DNA of 64,000 nt from Hormiphora californensis (taxonomy: Eukaryota; Animalia; Ctenophora): positions 3,286,001 through 3,350,000 of the forward strand of contig CM035352.1 in the NCBI GenBank assembly GCA_020137815.1, given 5' to 3'. Numbering within the stretch: position 1 is the first letter of the stretch; each line of letters begins with the position of its first letter. The translations under genes and the position numbers were made by a program. Below the pieces are notes generated by a model. That model ran no database searches and was not told where the DNA came from. It saw only the letters and a list, made by a program, of their open reading frames with translations. This document shows, one piece after another, positions 12,001 through 24,200 of the stretch.

Positions 12001-14848
12001 ATCAACACACAGACTCATGACTCAACAAATTTACAGCTATAATTTAAGTAGCTTCATAGAGTTATTTATCCATATTTAATTCTGCTCGAGCAAGAATTTA
12101 CCGCCGATGATATGTTTTACAAAGGTTTTTATTACCACAAAATCTGATAAAGTTGTTGTTTTTTTATATGCGTTTTTTATATGCGTTTTATATGGCGACT
12201 GTGAACATGAAACTACTGCTTACTATATCTGAGTAGTGGACAAGGTGGCAGCGTTATTGATTGACGGAATATATATCAGAAAGTACCAAGGATACGACAT
12301 TGCACCAGGCGAAGCTGTAGCAGATTCATTAATCTACACCAGCAAGGTCTTGTTACGTTCTGTTCTTCAATAACTCTTTGCCTCAGCTTTGAGCTTCATA
12401 CCGACAGATTGTGAAAAACTATACTATTACTAACGCCTAATGTATGATTGCATTTTGTGTCATAACAGCTGGTCTAGCTGACTTGCTTTGGTCAGATATA
12501 ATATATTCATGTCCCCATTTCAGTAGGGACTTCTGCAATTCAGGGACTTCTGCAATTCTCAGAATATATAGCTCATTCAATGAATACCATTAAAACTCTG
12601 CCAATAACCTCTCTCTCTCTGCCGATATTAAACCCTTACTCGGTGCAGTAGACAATAGAGAGCCTTTCTTGATCCATGCAGTGGGCCTTGTGGACATGAC
12701 ACTATTGGGGAAGTGTGTGCCTTCTGGCTCACTGTACCAATGACATTACAAAAGTTAACCCCATCTCTAAAACAGTCGTTTCTTCTCCTCCCCCTTTACA
12801 CGCTATTTATATTGATTTAGTACCATTATATCGTTGTTTATTTTGTTAACACCACCATTACTCTTTTAGCATGTCCAACAGCACGGAAGTCACTCTCCCC
12901 TTCAGCACGGAAGTCACTCTCCCCTACACCGGCCCTGTTCCCCTTTCTGTCTACCTGGGCGAGACTGCCCTCGCATCACTATCCCTTCTATCCGTCCTAA
13001 TCGGTCTCCCCCTGACAGCCCTACAACTGGGCTACCTAACTCTCGGAGGATCAAGGATTAACAATCTTAGCACGAAACTGTATCTCTCGATCAGTGTTGT
13101 TGATCACCTCATCCTTATATGCCATATCCCCACCACCCTGAGTTACCTAGGCAACCGGCAACCCTTTCTCTTTTCTAACAACGTGTTTTGCTCGGTTTGG
13201 GCAGTTATCTGGAATACCGTGATCCGGGTTTCTATCTTTCTGATTGCCATACTAAGTGTGACCCGGACGGTCAGGTTAGTCCGACCCTTCTCCACACCCC
13301 CTCGTGCCTCAAGAGTGTTTGCTTTGATATTCCTCTACACAGTTATAATCATCGCACAGTCTACTGTACCCTTCTGGATGGGGGGCCTCTACAAATACCA
13401 AAGCGAGGGTGTGACATGTTACCAGACAGTCACCCCAACCTCTAACGTGTACTACCTTTTTGTCGCGGTCCTAGAGTTCATTGTCCCTCTCCTGGTGGTA
13501 TGTCCCAGTTGTGTTGTCTCATTGGTTTCCCTCCGACTCAATGTCTGCAATGTCCCGTCAGCCCAGGGAATCAGGAAGAGAGCGTCAGGGTCAGCCACTA
13601 AAACCATCCTTTTACTGACACTAATATACCTGGTATGCAACACACCTCTCTTGATGTACACCGTGCTGGTTCTGATAGACGATCACCTCCAATCTCCCGC
13701 TCTTTTCAAGGTTGCCATGGTGTTTATGGGACCAATAGTCGGTGGACGGTACTACATGCAGTTGATGAACTTCAGTTTTGCTGTCAGTGTCCCTCTCAAC
13801 TCAACAGCCAACACCATTCTGTGGACGTACAGGTCGGAGCCGATGAGGCAGTGGGTGAGAGGGTTATGTAGCAGTCAGGATACGGCAGGGTTTACTAGGG
13901 GTGGAGCTGTATTTAGTGCGGCCTCATCACTGAGAAACAATGCAATAATTAGAGTTAATGAACATGCAGCCTAGTTCAGACATGATTCTGTAGTTCAGTA
14001 TCTGTAACAAATCTCCTTCTCTATCCCGCTAAACAATAACTGAACCCTCTAGAAACTCGTGTTTAGTGTGTCGGTACTGTTCAAGGAGAGAAGAGATGCT
14101 GTATGTGTGTGTTTTGTGTATGTGCAAGTGTATGGTTTCTTCCTTATCAAAATACAATATGAATATTTTCCTCTCTCCCTCTCTCTTTCTCTCATAAAAC
14201 AAGCTAGTACTCATCGGACAGTTTGTCAGTCCCTAAAAAGGTCAAATTACGGTCAAGTGCGCCAGCTTTACCCCCTCCCCCAACGTGTGATCCCTAATAG
14301 CACCTTCCAGAAACTTTTTAAAGAGCCATATCCACTGCGTCTCTCGGTAACATACCGAATTGTATGATCCAAGTCCCCTTTTTGGGGCCGTTGGTAACAC
14401 GCTCGTTTTCAGTCCGCGCGCGGAGAGGTTCAGAGTGAGGGTCCCGCGCCCTACGTACATGACAGCAGTGGACAAAGCGGCAGCTGTGAGATGTGAGCTG
14501 AAATTTGACGAGTTTTTTTTTCATGTTGGTGATCTTTTTCTAGCCAACTCAGCTCTATTTTCTGCACCTTGGTAGTAACTCCACAACTTACGTGTAAACA
14601 GTATGTGGATACCTTCTCATATTTCTAATTTCTATAGTCACTAAAATCTAAAAAGTTGTCTCAAAATTTGGTACAATTGAAATGCCTAACATTACCAGGA
14701 CAACAGCTAAAAAGAACAGTGACCCCTTCATCAGTTATTTTCTTACCTTATCGACAATAGTTACGTGTGTAGCCAAACCATCTTCCAGTAGGTGCTCCAA
14801 CAAGTTCCGACCGATAAATCCACATCCACCGAGAATCAAATAGGACAT
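3039..14848 (-). CDS. NAD-dependent epimerase/dehydratase (extended SDR), 8 coding exons
   Basis: Exons 14848-14747 (MSYLILGGCGFIGRNL, Rossmann GxxGxxG), 11372-11204 (FDYCINLASET), 9853-9714 (FVEMSTAHVY), 6035-5956 (KLKAEEGISKIP; one extra nt), 5445-5349 (LNYVVLRCGVVYGPGD), 4890-4772 (INTVHVEDVCRA), 3633-3485 (QVYNLVD), 3281-3039 (stop). All introns GT-AG; phases agree except for the exon-4 indel. Confidence 0.88.
3879..4657. mobile_element. TA-flanked non-autonomous TIR element (Tc1/mariner-pogo-like)
   Basis: TIR GGGTAAACCGGGGCAA / TTGCCCCGGTTTACCC, TA on both sides, several internal GGGGCAATTCGAACA motifs. Confidence 0.8.
5696..5825. mobile_element. Short TA-flanked CAGTCGG-type MITE (degenerate)
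   Basis: ta-CAGTCGGCCCCCGATTTACC...GGATCCGGCTG-ta; related to 18555-18710. Confidence 0.65.
5840..5922. repeat. Short dispersed repeat TTGCCTGGCTAGACTGTGTTTCG...TTAGAACATAGCAA (probable element end)
   Basis: Near-identical copy at ~7962-8035; related segments at ~16516-16552 and, reversed, ~44888-44930; internal hairpin CCTTCCTTTAC-aaat-GTAAAGGGAGG. Confidence 0.6.
8161..8842 (+). mobile_element. Unclassified ~680-bp non-autonomous element, family A copy 1 (TATA-flanked, asymmetric inverted repeat, 3' cloverleaf)
   Basis: Near-identical copies at 22538-23199(-), 31925-32608(-), 33301-33979(+); 5' TATATACCCTGCT matches subterminal AGCAGGGTATATA (~8631). Confidence 0.9.
9091..9185. repeat. 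Spacer-less ~95-bp palindrome
   Basis: GTGATGAATGAAGGG...CATAGCGTACAGCAA|TTGCTGTACGCTATG...CCCTTCATTCATCAC. Confidence 0.85.
9901..10788. mobile_element. Foldback MITE, ~890-bp near-perfect palindrome, TA TSD
   Basis: ta-CGGTGGCAGATTCCGGCCAAG ... CTTGGCCGGAATCTGCCACCG-ta; arms ~420 bp, centre ~10345, tandem subrepeat inside each arm. Confidence 0.9.
12871..13974 (+). CDS. Intronless rhodopsin-like (class A) 7TM GPCR, 367 aa, nested antisense in intron 1 of the epimerase gene
   Basis: Seven hydrophobic segments; TM2 LSISVVD, Cys before TM3, LSVTR (DRY equivalent), ECL2 Cys (GVTC), TM6 LVCNTP, TM7 LNSTANTILW; N-terminal NST sequon. Confidence 0.9.
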   Translation: MSNSTEVTLPFSTEVTLPYTGPVPLSVYLGETALASLSLLSVLIGLPLTALQLGYLTLGGSRINNLSTKLYLSISVVDHLILICHIPTTLSYLGNRQPFLFSNNVFCSVWAVIWNTVIRVSIFLIAILSVTRTVRLVRPFSTPPRASRVFALIFLYTVIIIAQSTVPFWMGGLYKYQSEGVTCYQTVTPTSNVYYLFVAVLEFIVPLLVVCPSCVVSLVSLRLNVCNVPSAQGIRKRASGSATKTILLLTLIYLVCNTPLLMYTVLVLIDDHLQSPALFKVAMVFMGPIVGGRYYMQLMNFSFAVSVPLNSTANTILWTYRSEPMRQWVRGLCSSQDTAGFTRGGAVFSAASSLRNNAIIRVNEHAA

Positions 14849-14889
14849 GCTATACGAAAGAGGGTGTTGGTTTTAAAAATTATTTAGTA

Positions 14890-16214
14890 CTAGAGTACCC
14901 GTTTGCTGGGAACCCGTGACCTGGTAAATGGTAATTTATCCTCATATAACCGGTGACATTTGTGTTTGATTTTTAAAAGATAATTTGTTTGTTCCTGAGT
15001 CTCATAGTAGGAGCGGTTAGATCAGCACGTGCAGAAAGTCGCGCGACGCACGCCACCCTAATAGTAATCTCAGGTTACTCTCACGGCTTCATTTCGCATC
15101 CAATCCAAAAGTGACCTTCATAAAACCTGTAGATCTCCTCAAGGAGAAGCGAAAACTTGGGGGACATTTCTTGATTGGATGCGACCTCGAGGAGCTATGA
15201 CAATGCGCAAAAAGGGGTGGCACGCGACTTTAACCACGTGGTGATATAACCGCGTTTCAAACGACTTGACCTGAGATTCCTGGAAATTCAGGATTTCCCC
15301 TTTGTAAATACACGCGCAATGCGCCAAATTCCAAGAATTACGGGTCAAGTCGCTTGAAACGGACTTTAATGGCCGTTTTTTCAAAAACCCAATGTGTAAA
15401 GTCCGTTTCAAGCGACTTGACCCGTAATTCTTGGAATTTGGCTCATTGCGCGTGTATTTACAAAGGGGAAATCCTGAATTTCCAGGAATCTCAGGTCAAG
15501 TCGTTTGAAACGCACTTTACAATTTTGGCGAGGCGGGTAAATCATTTATTGTAACGCACGAATTTTCCCAAAAAAGCGCTGCTTTTTTACGCCGCGCGCG
15601 GAACCTAAAATTACGCGCGCAGTGTAAAATTTTAAAATTCATTGAAAATTTCCTCGCGTTTTATGTCGCCAAAAAAAAGTCGACGAAAAATTCCAAATTC
15701 GTGAATTATAAGAACTCCGGTCAGTTCTCATCTTGCCAATCCGTTTTCCGGGAACCCCTGGCCAAAGGACATTAAAATTCACATACCGACCAAGTTTCAT
15801 ATCGATTGGATAAGATTTTGGGTGGCTACGGTGAAAAATATCGTATTTTTGGCATTTTTAACTTTCCCGACGCGATTTACGACCCTTAAACATTGAGTTA
15901 CGGGAAATCGCTATCAAGTAAAATGAAGTTCAAACGATTCTCTTTCCCCACTATTGCGTTAGTTTTTTGATTTAGAGCCGTTTTCAGGGTCTTAGAAGCG
16001 TTTGAAAAATGTAAGTCTTTTTGTCGCAATGACGTCACCCCGTGACGTCACTGCTGTAAAGATCGGATCAAAAATCTGAGCCCGTACTTACATCCGCCTT
16101 GGTCCAAGGTACCAGTGTACAAATTTTCAGGGGTCTAGCTCAAAAACTGTGGGAGGAGTTTGAAAAACCAATTAACGGACAGACTGACTAACATTATGGA
16201 ATTTATTATATGGA
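14890..16214 (-). mobile_element. Non-autonomous Helitron
   Basis: Minus strand reads A|TCCATATAATAA ... CTAG|T, the canonical Helitron ends and A/T target with no TSD; contains an internal ~260-bp palindrome (~15253-15513). Confidence 0.7.
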
Positions 16215-16699
16215 TTGTGATTTTCACGAATGACTTATATCGTACAAATTGTACACAAAGATACTGTTTATAAATGCACGCAGATAAATATTTGTTATGG
16301 ATGAAATCTTGACATGTTCCTTGTCTGTCAGCTCTCACACCGGGCATGGCAAATGAAATCATTGCAAATGGAGCACATTACTCATTCGATCATTTGAAAT
16401 CTGGCATATATCCGCGGTAATATATCCCTCATAGCTCATGCTTTACGAACAAACATGGGCAACTGAAAAAGTTGTTTCGGAATGTCAGAAAGACTAGGGT
16501 TAGAGATGAGCTGGCTTGCCTAGCTAGACTGTGTTTCGCACAGAACATAACAAGAGTTGGCACGCGATAACACTTATTCAGCACTTATTTAGTGTGGACT
16601 GTGGCACATCCCACACACAAATCTGAGCTTCTGAGTAGACGGGGAGTAGACAACAAAAAGGAAGGAGCAGCTCTCACCTGATCTCTACTTCCCTCTCCA

Positions 16700-16850
<151 letters not shown>

Positions 16851-17273
16851 CCACTACACGCACCACTCCCACATGGGGCCGTGAGGCCCCATGCGAGAGC
16901 AGGGTTAAATCCCCCGGACCCGGATCCTGTTGGATCTGAGGGCCCGGAGGGCCTGCGGAGTAAAGGTAGGGTAGGTAGAACAATGTACATACGGGTAAAT
17001 TTAACAATGTACATATGGGTTAAGTAAAGGGGATGATATTAAAAAGGGGGAAGTAAAGTGGGATTAAAGCTCATGGTGACGGAGCACAAGACCTCCTAAA
17101 CTATCTGCAAAGAAGCCCAATCTGCTACAATGAATTCTAAGAAGAGACAACTTATCAGGAACTGAAGAAGCAAACCGTCTGAATCTAAGGCAGCCTAAAA
17201 CAAGCAGGAACGGGTTCGAGCGAAAAAAATAATAAATTAATACAAATGGATGATGATTACATGATTACAGCCA

Positions 17274-17712
17274 GCCCGTTCCAGAGAAGCCAGCTGACCC
17301 CGTTCCAGAGAAGACAGCCGACCCCGTTCCAGAGAAGCCAGCTGACCCCGTTCCAGAGAAGCCAGCTGACCCCGTTCCAGAAAAGCCAGCTGACCCCGTT
17401 CCAGAGAAGCCAGCTGACCCCGTTCCAGAGAAGACAGCCACCCCGCTCCAGAGAAGACAGCTGACCCCGCTCCAGTAAGGACAGCTGACCCCGTTCCAGT
17501 AAAGACAGCTGACCCCGCTCCAGTAAAGACAGCTGACCCCGTTCCAGAGAGGACAGCCGACCCCGCTCCAGTAAGGACAGCTGACCCCGTTCCAGTAAAG
17601 ACAGCTGACCCCGCTCCAGAGAGGACAGTCACCCCGTTCCAGAGAGGACAGCTGACCCCGCTCCAGTAAGGACAGCCGACCCCGCTCCAGAGAGGACAGC
17701 CACCCCGTTCCA
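17274..17712. repeat. 24-bp minisatellite (~18 copies)
   Basis: Unit CAGCTGACCCCG(T/C)TCCAG(AG/TA)A(A/G)G(C/A). Confidence 0.9.
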
Positions 17713-18117
17713 AAGAATCATCTCCGATGTAGAACCCTATCAAAAATGGAAGAAGTGGGTTAGGGGGGCCAGTAGAACAAAAACAGTATTGGTTAGCGGG
17801 TTAGTGGATAAAGGGGCGTTGGCGGTCCACAGTTGGCTGGAAGATGCCTGTTCCACTGGTAACCCTGAGCCGGAGAAGGCGGGGTAGGAACGTAGTAGTT
17901 GGCGTTGATACACTGTGGGCCACCTAGCCTTGCCAAGATGTTTTTGTATTTTGTATTTTCTGATTTTTTTCCGTATTTCTGATACACAGCCACGCTCAGC
18001 CGCGGCCACACGGACCTGGAAATCGAACAGGGGGAAAAGGGGATGGGGAAAAAGGTACTCCGTGTGACCCCGTTGCCCGGGGGAAACCGATTGGAGGTGG
18101 TGGCAGGTGGACCAACT

Positions 18118-18237
<120 letters not shown>

Positions 18238-18554
18238 CTTTCTCTCTCGTTCTCTCTCTACTTCTCTCTCCCACTCTCTCTCTCGTTCTCTCTTTACTTC
18301 CCTCTCCCTCTCTCACTCTCTTTTCCCCCTGTCACTGATCTCTCCTATTCCGTCCTCAGAATTCAGATCACCCATGCAATAATAAATGCCTACTTGCACT
18401 CCTGACAATCCAGAATACTTTCACCCGATTTACCGACTCATTGGGGGTCTTGCACGGTAAAATGTCTCATTTCTCATATCGGGGTATATAAGTGTATCCG
18501 AGGTTTCGATAAATATAAGAGGTCTGGTAAATCGAAGTTTGACTGTACACTGTA

Positions 18555-18710
18555 CAGTCGGACCCCGATTTAGTGGCATCCTCGGAGGGGGAAAAAATCC
18601 TGCCACTAAATCGGGGTGCCACTAAATCGGGTTCAAATAATGTTAGTTTCCTATATCGGGGAAAAAATCCTGCCACTAAATCGGGGTGCCACTAAATCGG
18701 GGTCCGACTG
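18555..18710. mobile_element. TA-flanked CAGTCGG MITE (Tc1/mariner-like), with a degenerate relative just upstream (~18410-18546)
   Basis: ta-CAGTCGGACCCCGATTTAGTGGC ... GCCACTAAATCGGGGTCCGACTG-ta. Confidence 0.85.
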
Positions 18711-19312
18711 TATTATATAGGTAGGAATATTATATTCACTGGTACATGTACCGAGGAAATTAAGGGAGAGAGAGAGAGGAACGATGGCAATTTGTCATTT
18801 ACCCGCCAATTCCATTCTCCCAATGAGCTAACGTCCGCCAGCTCCAATAATAGAAGTGTCATCATAGTACACCCTCTATAGGTTTTGATTTGCCTTTCCT
18901 CTCTCCCTCTCTCCCATATTTGAAGAGAAAGGTTTTACTGACCATATTCCCTAAACTGATCTCTCGCTTATTGTTTGTTTTCTAACCAAGTTCTATCTCT
19001 TTTTCGATCAATGTTCCTACATAGAACAATAAACACATCCAGAAAAGAAAAAGAGAAAGTACAAACATGGCCCTGTGCATAAGATACTTAGTTATAATTC
19101 TTGTCTTGTTGGGAAGCTCTACTACACAAAACCTACCAAACAAGCTGGTTACTGGATAGATGGACAGAACTACAGAAGATGAATATATTCTGCATGGATA
19201 ACAAAGGAAACTCAACGAGCTCATTCTCCCATTCTTTCTTTCCTATTCACCCCCTTCTACATCACACTATCTCTCTCTTCTATTCTCCTTGCTTTCTCTA
19301 CCTTCCTCTCTC

Positions 19313-19447
<135 letters not shown>

Positions 19448-21202
19448 ATGTTCGTTTCCCTTACTTCCCAGTCTCCTCTCTCAGCTCTCTCAGTGCAGTA
19501 CGTGGTGCATATGCATGGGCTCTCAGGGGAAAATGCATCTTAAACTCGAGGAAAAGAAAGGATGTATGTGAGAGGGAAACAGAGAGAAGGAAGACACAAG
19601 AAACAACAACTATACGATAAAACATTCAGGATGAGCATTCTATGCACTGCAAGAGGTCTCACAACCTCCCCATTTTCTATCTCGATATAGCATTTTATGA
19701 TGTAGAGAAACGGAGACAGCAAGAGAGAAGTATGGGACATAAAGATATATGTTCTGCCCCTGTAAGTCAGTTGTACAAGTGGTTGAACTTTTTTGGAAGT
19801 CGTTTGATCAGTATCCAGTGTGTTTTTAACATAATATGTAAGTACTACTCTAGTACTACTCTAATACTACTCTGTAAGTACTGCTCTAAGGCTATAAATG
19901 ATGATGATGAACGGAACCACCTGCACTTTCTCACACACACATTTCCGTTTTTAGCCGTTTATATCAAATTATGCTTTAGTCCTTGCTAACTGCTTTAGTC
20001 CCTCTCTAATTCGACCAATCAATCAGCTACCCCTACCGTGCCCTCCAAGTCTGGGCCTAAACTCTAGGCCTTGTTACCTTGCTAAATTGTATTTCTGGAA
20101 GCTTTTGAGAAAAAAATATGGCCGTGATACGAATCGTCAAGAACACTATTAGTGCGTGGTCGTGTCTACGCTGCTGAAAAGTGTGCTATCTGCTGAAGAA
20201 GACAATCACGCGATCAAAAAATCTGTCAATCTTAAAATTTAAATTGCGTCTCCTAAGATAGCGGCAAAACAAATGTTGAAACCAGAAACTACAAATATCG
20301 ACGATTCTCTGTAGGTACATCATCATCATCACGTACAATACCATTAATTTGATAATTGTCTATATCTCTTGATCAACAAGTCATGTCATGGTGCGATTTG
20401 GCCAAGAAATGGCAGATTTATGACCAAAAACTTGACCAAAATTTGGTGCCAAGAAATGTGTGAATTTAGCGCTAACCTGTATTGTGGGGGAGACTACGTG
20501 TTTTAGCTTAACAGTCATACTGTTCGAGGTAACGCAGCTCTCGAGTCTCTTCAAGAAAGAAAAAAAATTAAAAGAGAAGACGAAAATCTTTGAAATCAAA
20601 AGTTCCATGCCAGTTTTCAGGTTCAGCGCGCGCTCTGGACATAAATGATATTCAATGCGCGTCGCTATTGTGCTGTGTATTGCTTAAATAGCCACCCAAA
20701 CCGTGGTTCGCAGTAAAATTGCGCGCGAAATCAATTAAAATCTTGCGCTGACAAGTGCACAGCTCTCTCATGGGAACTTGAGAATTCGCGTCGGCCGACA
20801 GGTCAGATACGAGAGTTCACTGGTTTATATTACGTTTTAGTAGTGTCAGGGTTGTCGTTGGGGTTCGGTGTTAGTACTTTATTAGGTGTGGGTTAGGTTT
20901 TGAATTATGTCTACCAGAACGCCCTAACAATTACCGATTACCCCAAACCGAGTACAGTTCAACTTCTAATAAATCAAAGAATTGAAATACAACTTTAAGT
21001 TTCACTAAAATTAAAAAAGAAACAACAAGAACAAAATTAAATCTTAAAAACAAATTAAATATTATACACGGCCCTCTTTGGCCCTCTTAGTCTCACTCTA
21101 ATAAATTTGACGGCCTACATAAAAACGTAGGTACTTCAAAATAAATTCAAACTCAGTTTGAACAGTAACACGGTAAAAATATTTGAACTAGAAAACTTTA
21201 AC

Positions 21203-24200
21203 CTATAACCGTCCACTTAGCCACAAATCATTGCCATAGTTCGTAACATGATGAGAATGATGTAAATATGGTAAGTCTCTGTCTGAGAATTACAAGTCCT
21301 GACTCTATCAATTTTTGTACAATTTCAAAATCCTCACCACCCCACCGGTACGTCGGAGTCCTGTTTACAGCCCCTGCCCTGATAAAGTCTGATCGATAAA
21401 CTGACAAGAGGCCAAAACCACCCAAATCCCAATATCCATCCAGGGAGGTTGGGGTCGAGGTTGGGCTGAGTCGGAGGGTGGAGGGGGCAAAGGCAGAATG
21501 TCCTCGAATTGTGTGAGACCAGACAGTCTGAATTATATCCCTGGGCATCTGCAGCGAATACGAAAATATTAGTAAACATTTAATTACTAGACATGTTCAA
21601 CATAGTGTAAGTGAATCATCGAATGATTTAAAATAGGGGGTATGAATTATCCCGGATAACCCGGATAGCTCGGATAACCCGGATAATAGGTATTTCCAGG
21701 AAAGCCATTCCAGCCTATACGAAATGAAACACTCCGGCAATCAAGCCCAGATGACTCGCTGGTCCTCTGGGCTATCCTGGAAATACCTATTATCCGGGTT
21801 ATCCGAGGTATCCGGGTTATCCGTGATTATACATACCCCCTAATGTTAAATGATCAGGCTCCATATAATATATACAATACCTGTATATCGAGATCCATAA
21901 GGAAGAGAAGAGAGGAAGTGGGCGAGTTGACTGCTCCAATAGACATGGCCAGTCCTCTATCGAACCTTCCAGGAACTTTCATAACCCTCACCCTGAAACA
22001 TGGTTTGTTAAAATTCAGTGAGAATTGAATTATCACATGTTTGAATCTACCAAGATCAAATTAAATTTCAATTAAATGATCCACCCCGGAAGTACTAAGA
22101 AGATGATTACTGAACAAATTCATAAAACGTACCGTGGTACTGCCATTTCCTCGACAAGATGAGAGATGGAGTTATCCGAATTAAAGTCGACTATCACCAT
22201 GGAAACAGTAAACTCTCCCGCCTCCTTCTGGAGACGACCAACATTCCTGATCAACTGCTCCACTTTAACTTCTAGAGATCCCTTCACCCCTACCACGAAC
22301 ACAATCTCCTGCCTTCCTGTCCCTGGGCTCCAGCCATTTGGGGCACAGAGGGTGGAGCCTTGGTATCCCAGCCAGGAGGCAATTGCCCCATCTGATACCA
22401 AGAGATGGCCATCAGGGTAGAGAGATAACGTGGGTGATGGAGAGAGATGGGGGAGGGCAGTAGATAGTTGGGATTTTATATTATCTAGGACCTGTGGGAG
22501 GAGGGTAGTGGTGAGAAATAGCACACTATTTCAAGGGTATATGAGGCATAAACTCTGGCCACTGGCGCGTTATTTCAGATAACTTTCTCCCAGCGCGCCG
22601 CTGGGAGAAGTTAGCTGGAGTTTATCCGCCGCTGGCGGATAAACTGGTTTAAATCACGACGACGATCCCGAGGCGGAGCCGAGGGAGAGGCGGAGGGGTT
22701 TAAACCTATAACGTGCCAGTGGTCAGAGTTTATGGGTTATATACCCTGCTTTAGTTGTTTATTTCAAGTATTACACACCAACAAGAGAGAGAACACTAAT
22801 CAAAACACACAAAGAGAACTGAGAAATAGTTAAAAACACCTCACAATTGAGTGTACACTGTTTGGTAACAGTTACTAAGCAGTTGCTAAGGAAAGAGAGT
22901 GAAAGAAATAGCCTGATAAGGGGCATGTCACACATAACACAGAGAAAGAGATAGTGAGACAAAAGGGGAGATAAAGAGAGAGTAATTGACAGAATGTGTC
23001 CTTTCTTTCTCTCCAATGTAGTGTGTAAGTGTTGCACATAGTGTTCCCTCTGTATTTTAGTAAGAACTGATCATTTACACACACTTTGAATGTTCAAAAT
23101 AAATAACCTGCCAGTGGGAAATAATCTGCCGCTGGACTGGCTGTTTATTGAGAGCGCGCTAGTGGGACTGGCGGGTTATTTAAGTTAGCAGGGTATATAT
23201 CACATTACCGCGTGCAATTGTTTTCAATTTTTAAATTTAATCACGACTACTCACTAGACTATAGCTATCTGCTATCATGGTAACTATAGTTACTCCTTAA
23301 AACTTTGCATTACACAGCTCGGTTACTAATAGTAAGTAACGCCTTACTCAACAACTTACTATCATACTCATATCGATGTTTGTTGAGTAAGGGGTTACTT
23401 ACAGTTAACAAATGGATAAACGCATCTACAATAAATGGTGTCTTACGTCTTCAGAGATGATGGGATTCCCCATCACGAGCCGACCATTGTTCCTCACATC
23501 AGTCCCATCAAGAGGGTGCACTTGGGCTACCTCAATATCACTGAAAAACAATTGGATGTTAGAATTTGTTGGGGGAGACGAGACCTTTCAGTAATGAGAT
23601 CTGTGCTTGAATTGTTCATACTTTATTTTTATTCGGAGCACGGTGTCAAGCGACTCAAATCTGTCGAAGAAAGACTAGCTGTTTGATCAGGAATTGAGTT
23701 TACCTTGTGTCCTGAGCTGTAGATTTGAATTCACACTCGGGAAGGCTGGTAGGGGCCGATTGAAACCTGACCCGCTTCTTGTGTGACTTGATCCCAGTGG
23801 GGTGGTGCAATGATGTCTGGGATGGGATATCAGCTGGGTTGGCAGGGGAAAGGACGGATTCTGGGATTTGGGTGTATCCGTTACTTCCAGGTACTAACCA
23901 CTAAAGGAGGAAAAGGGTCAGTAAAATTGGAGGGGAAACAGATATGATTTTACAGAATAAAAAGGGCGATATTTATGGTATTGGTCTATGAATAAGTGAT
24001 AAAACGAATGACAGTGTTTCTAAACACTATCATTCATTTTATCACTAACTTTTTAGTTACCGTTAGCTTGAAGACATCATTCTCCTGGACACAGCCCACA
24101 ACCTCAACAGTATACCGATCTCCTCTCTCCAACGCCACCCTAAAGCTACTCTGCCTAACAAACTGATCCCCTCCAACAGGGTTCATCTCCAAAATGGTCC

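Noticed and set aside
14383-14450. tRNA/SINE-like GGGGCCGTTGGTAACACGCTCG segment
   Set aside because: No convincing B box or cloverleaf
17274-17712. Possible CRISPR-like array (also 63303-63782)
   Set aside because: Head-to-tail repeats without unique spacers, no cas genes, eukaryotic context
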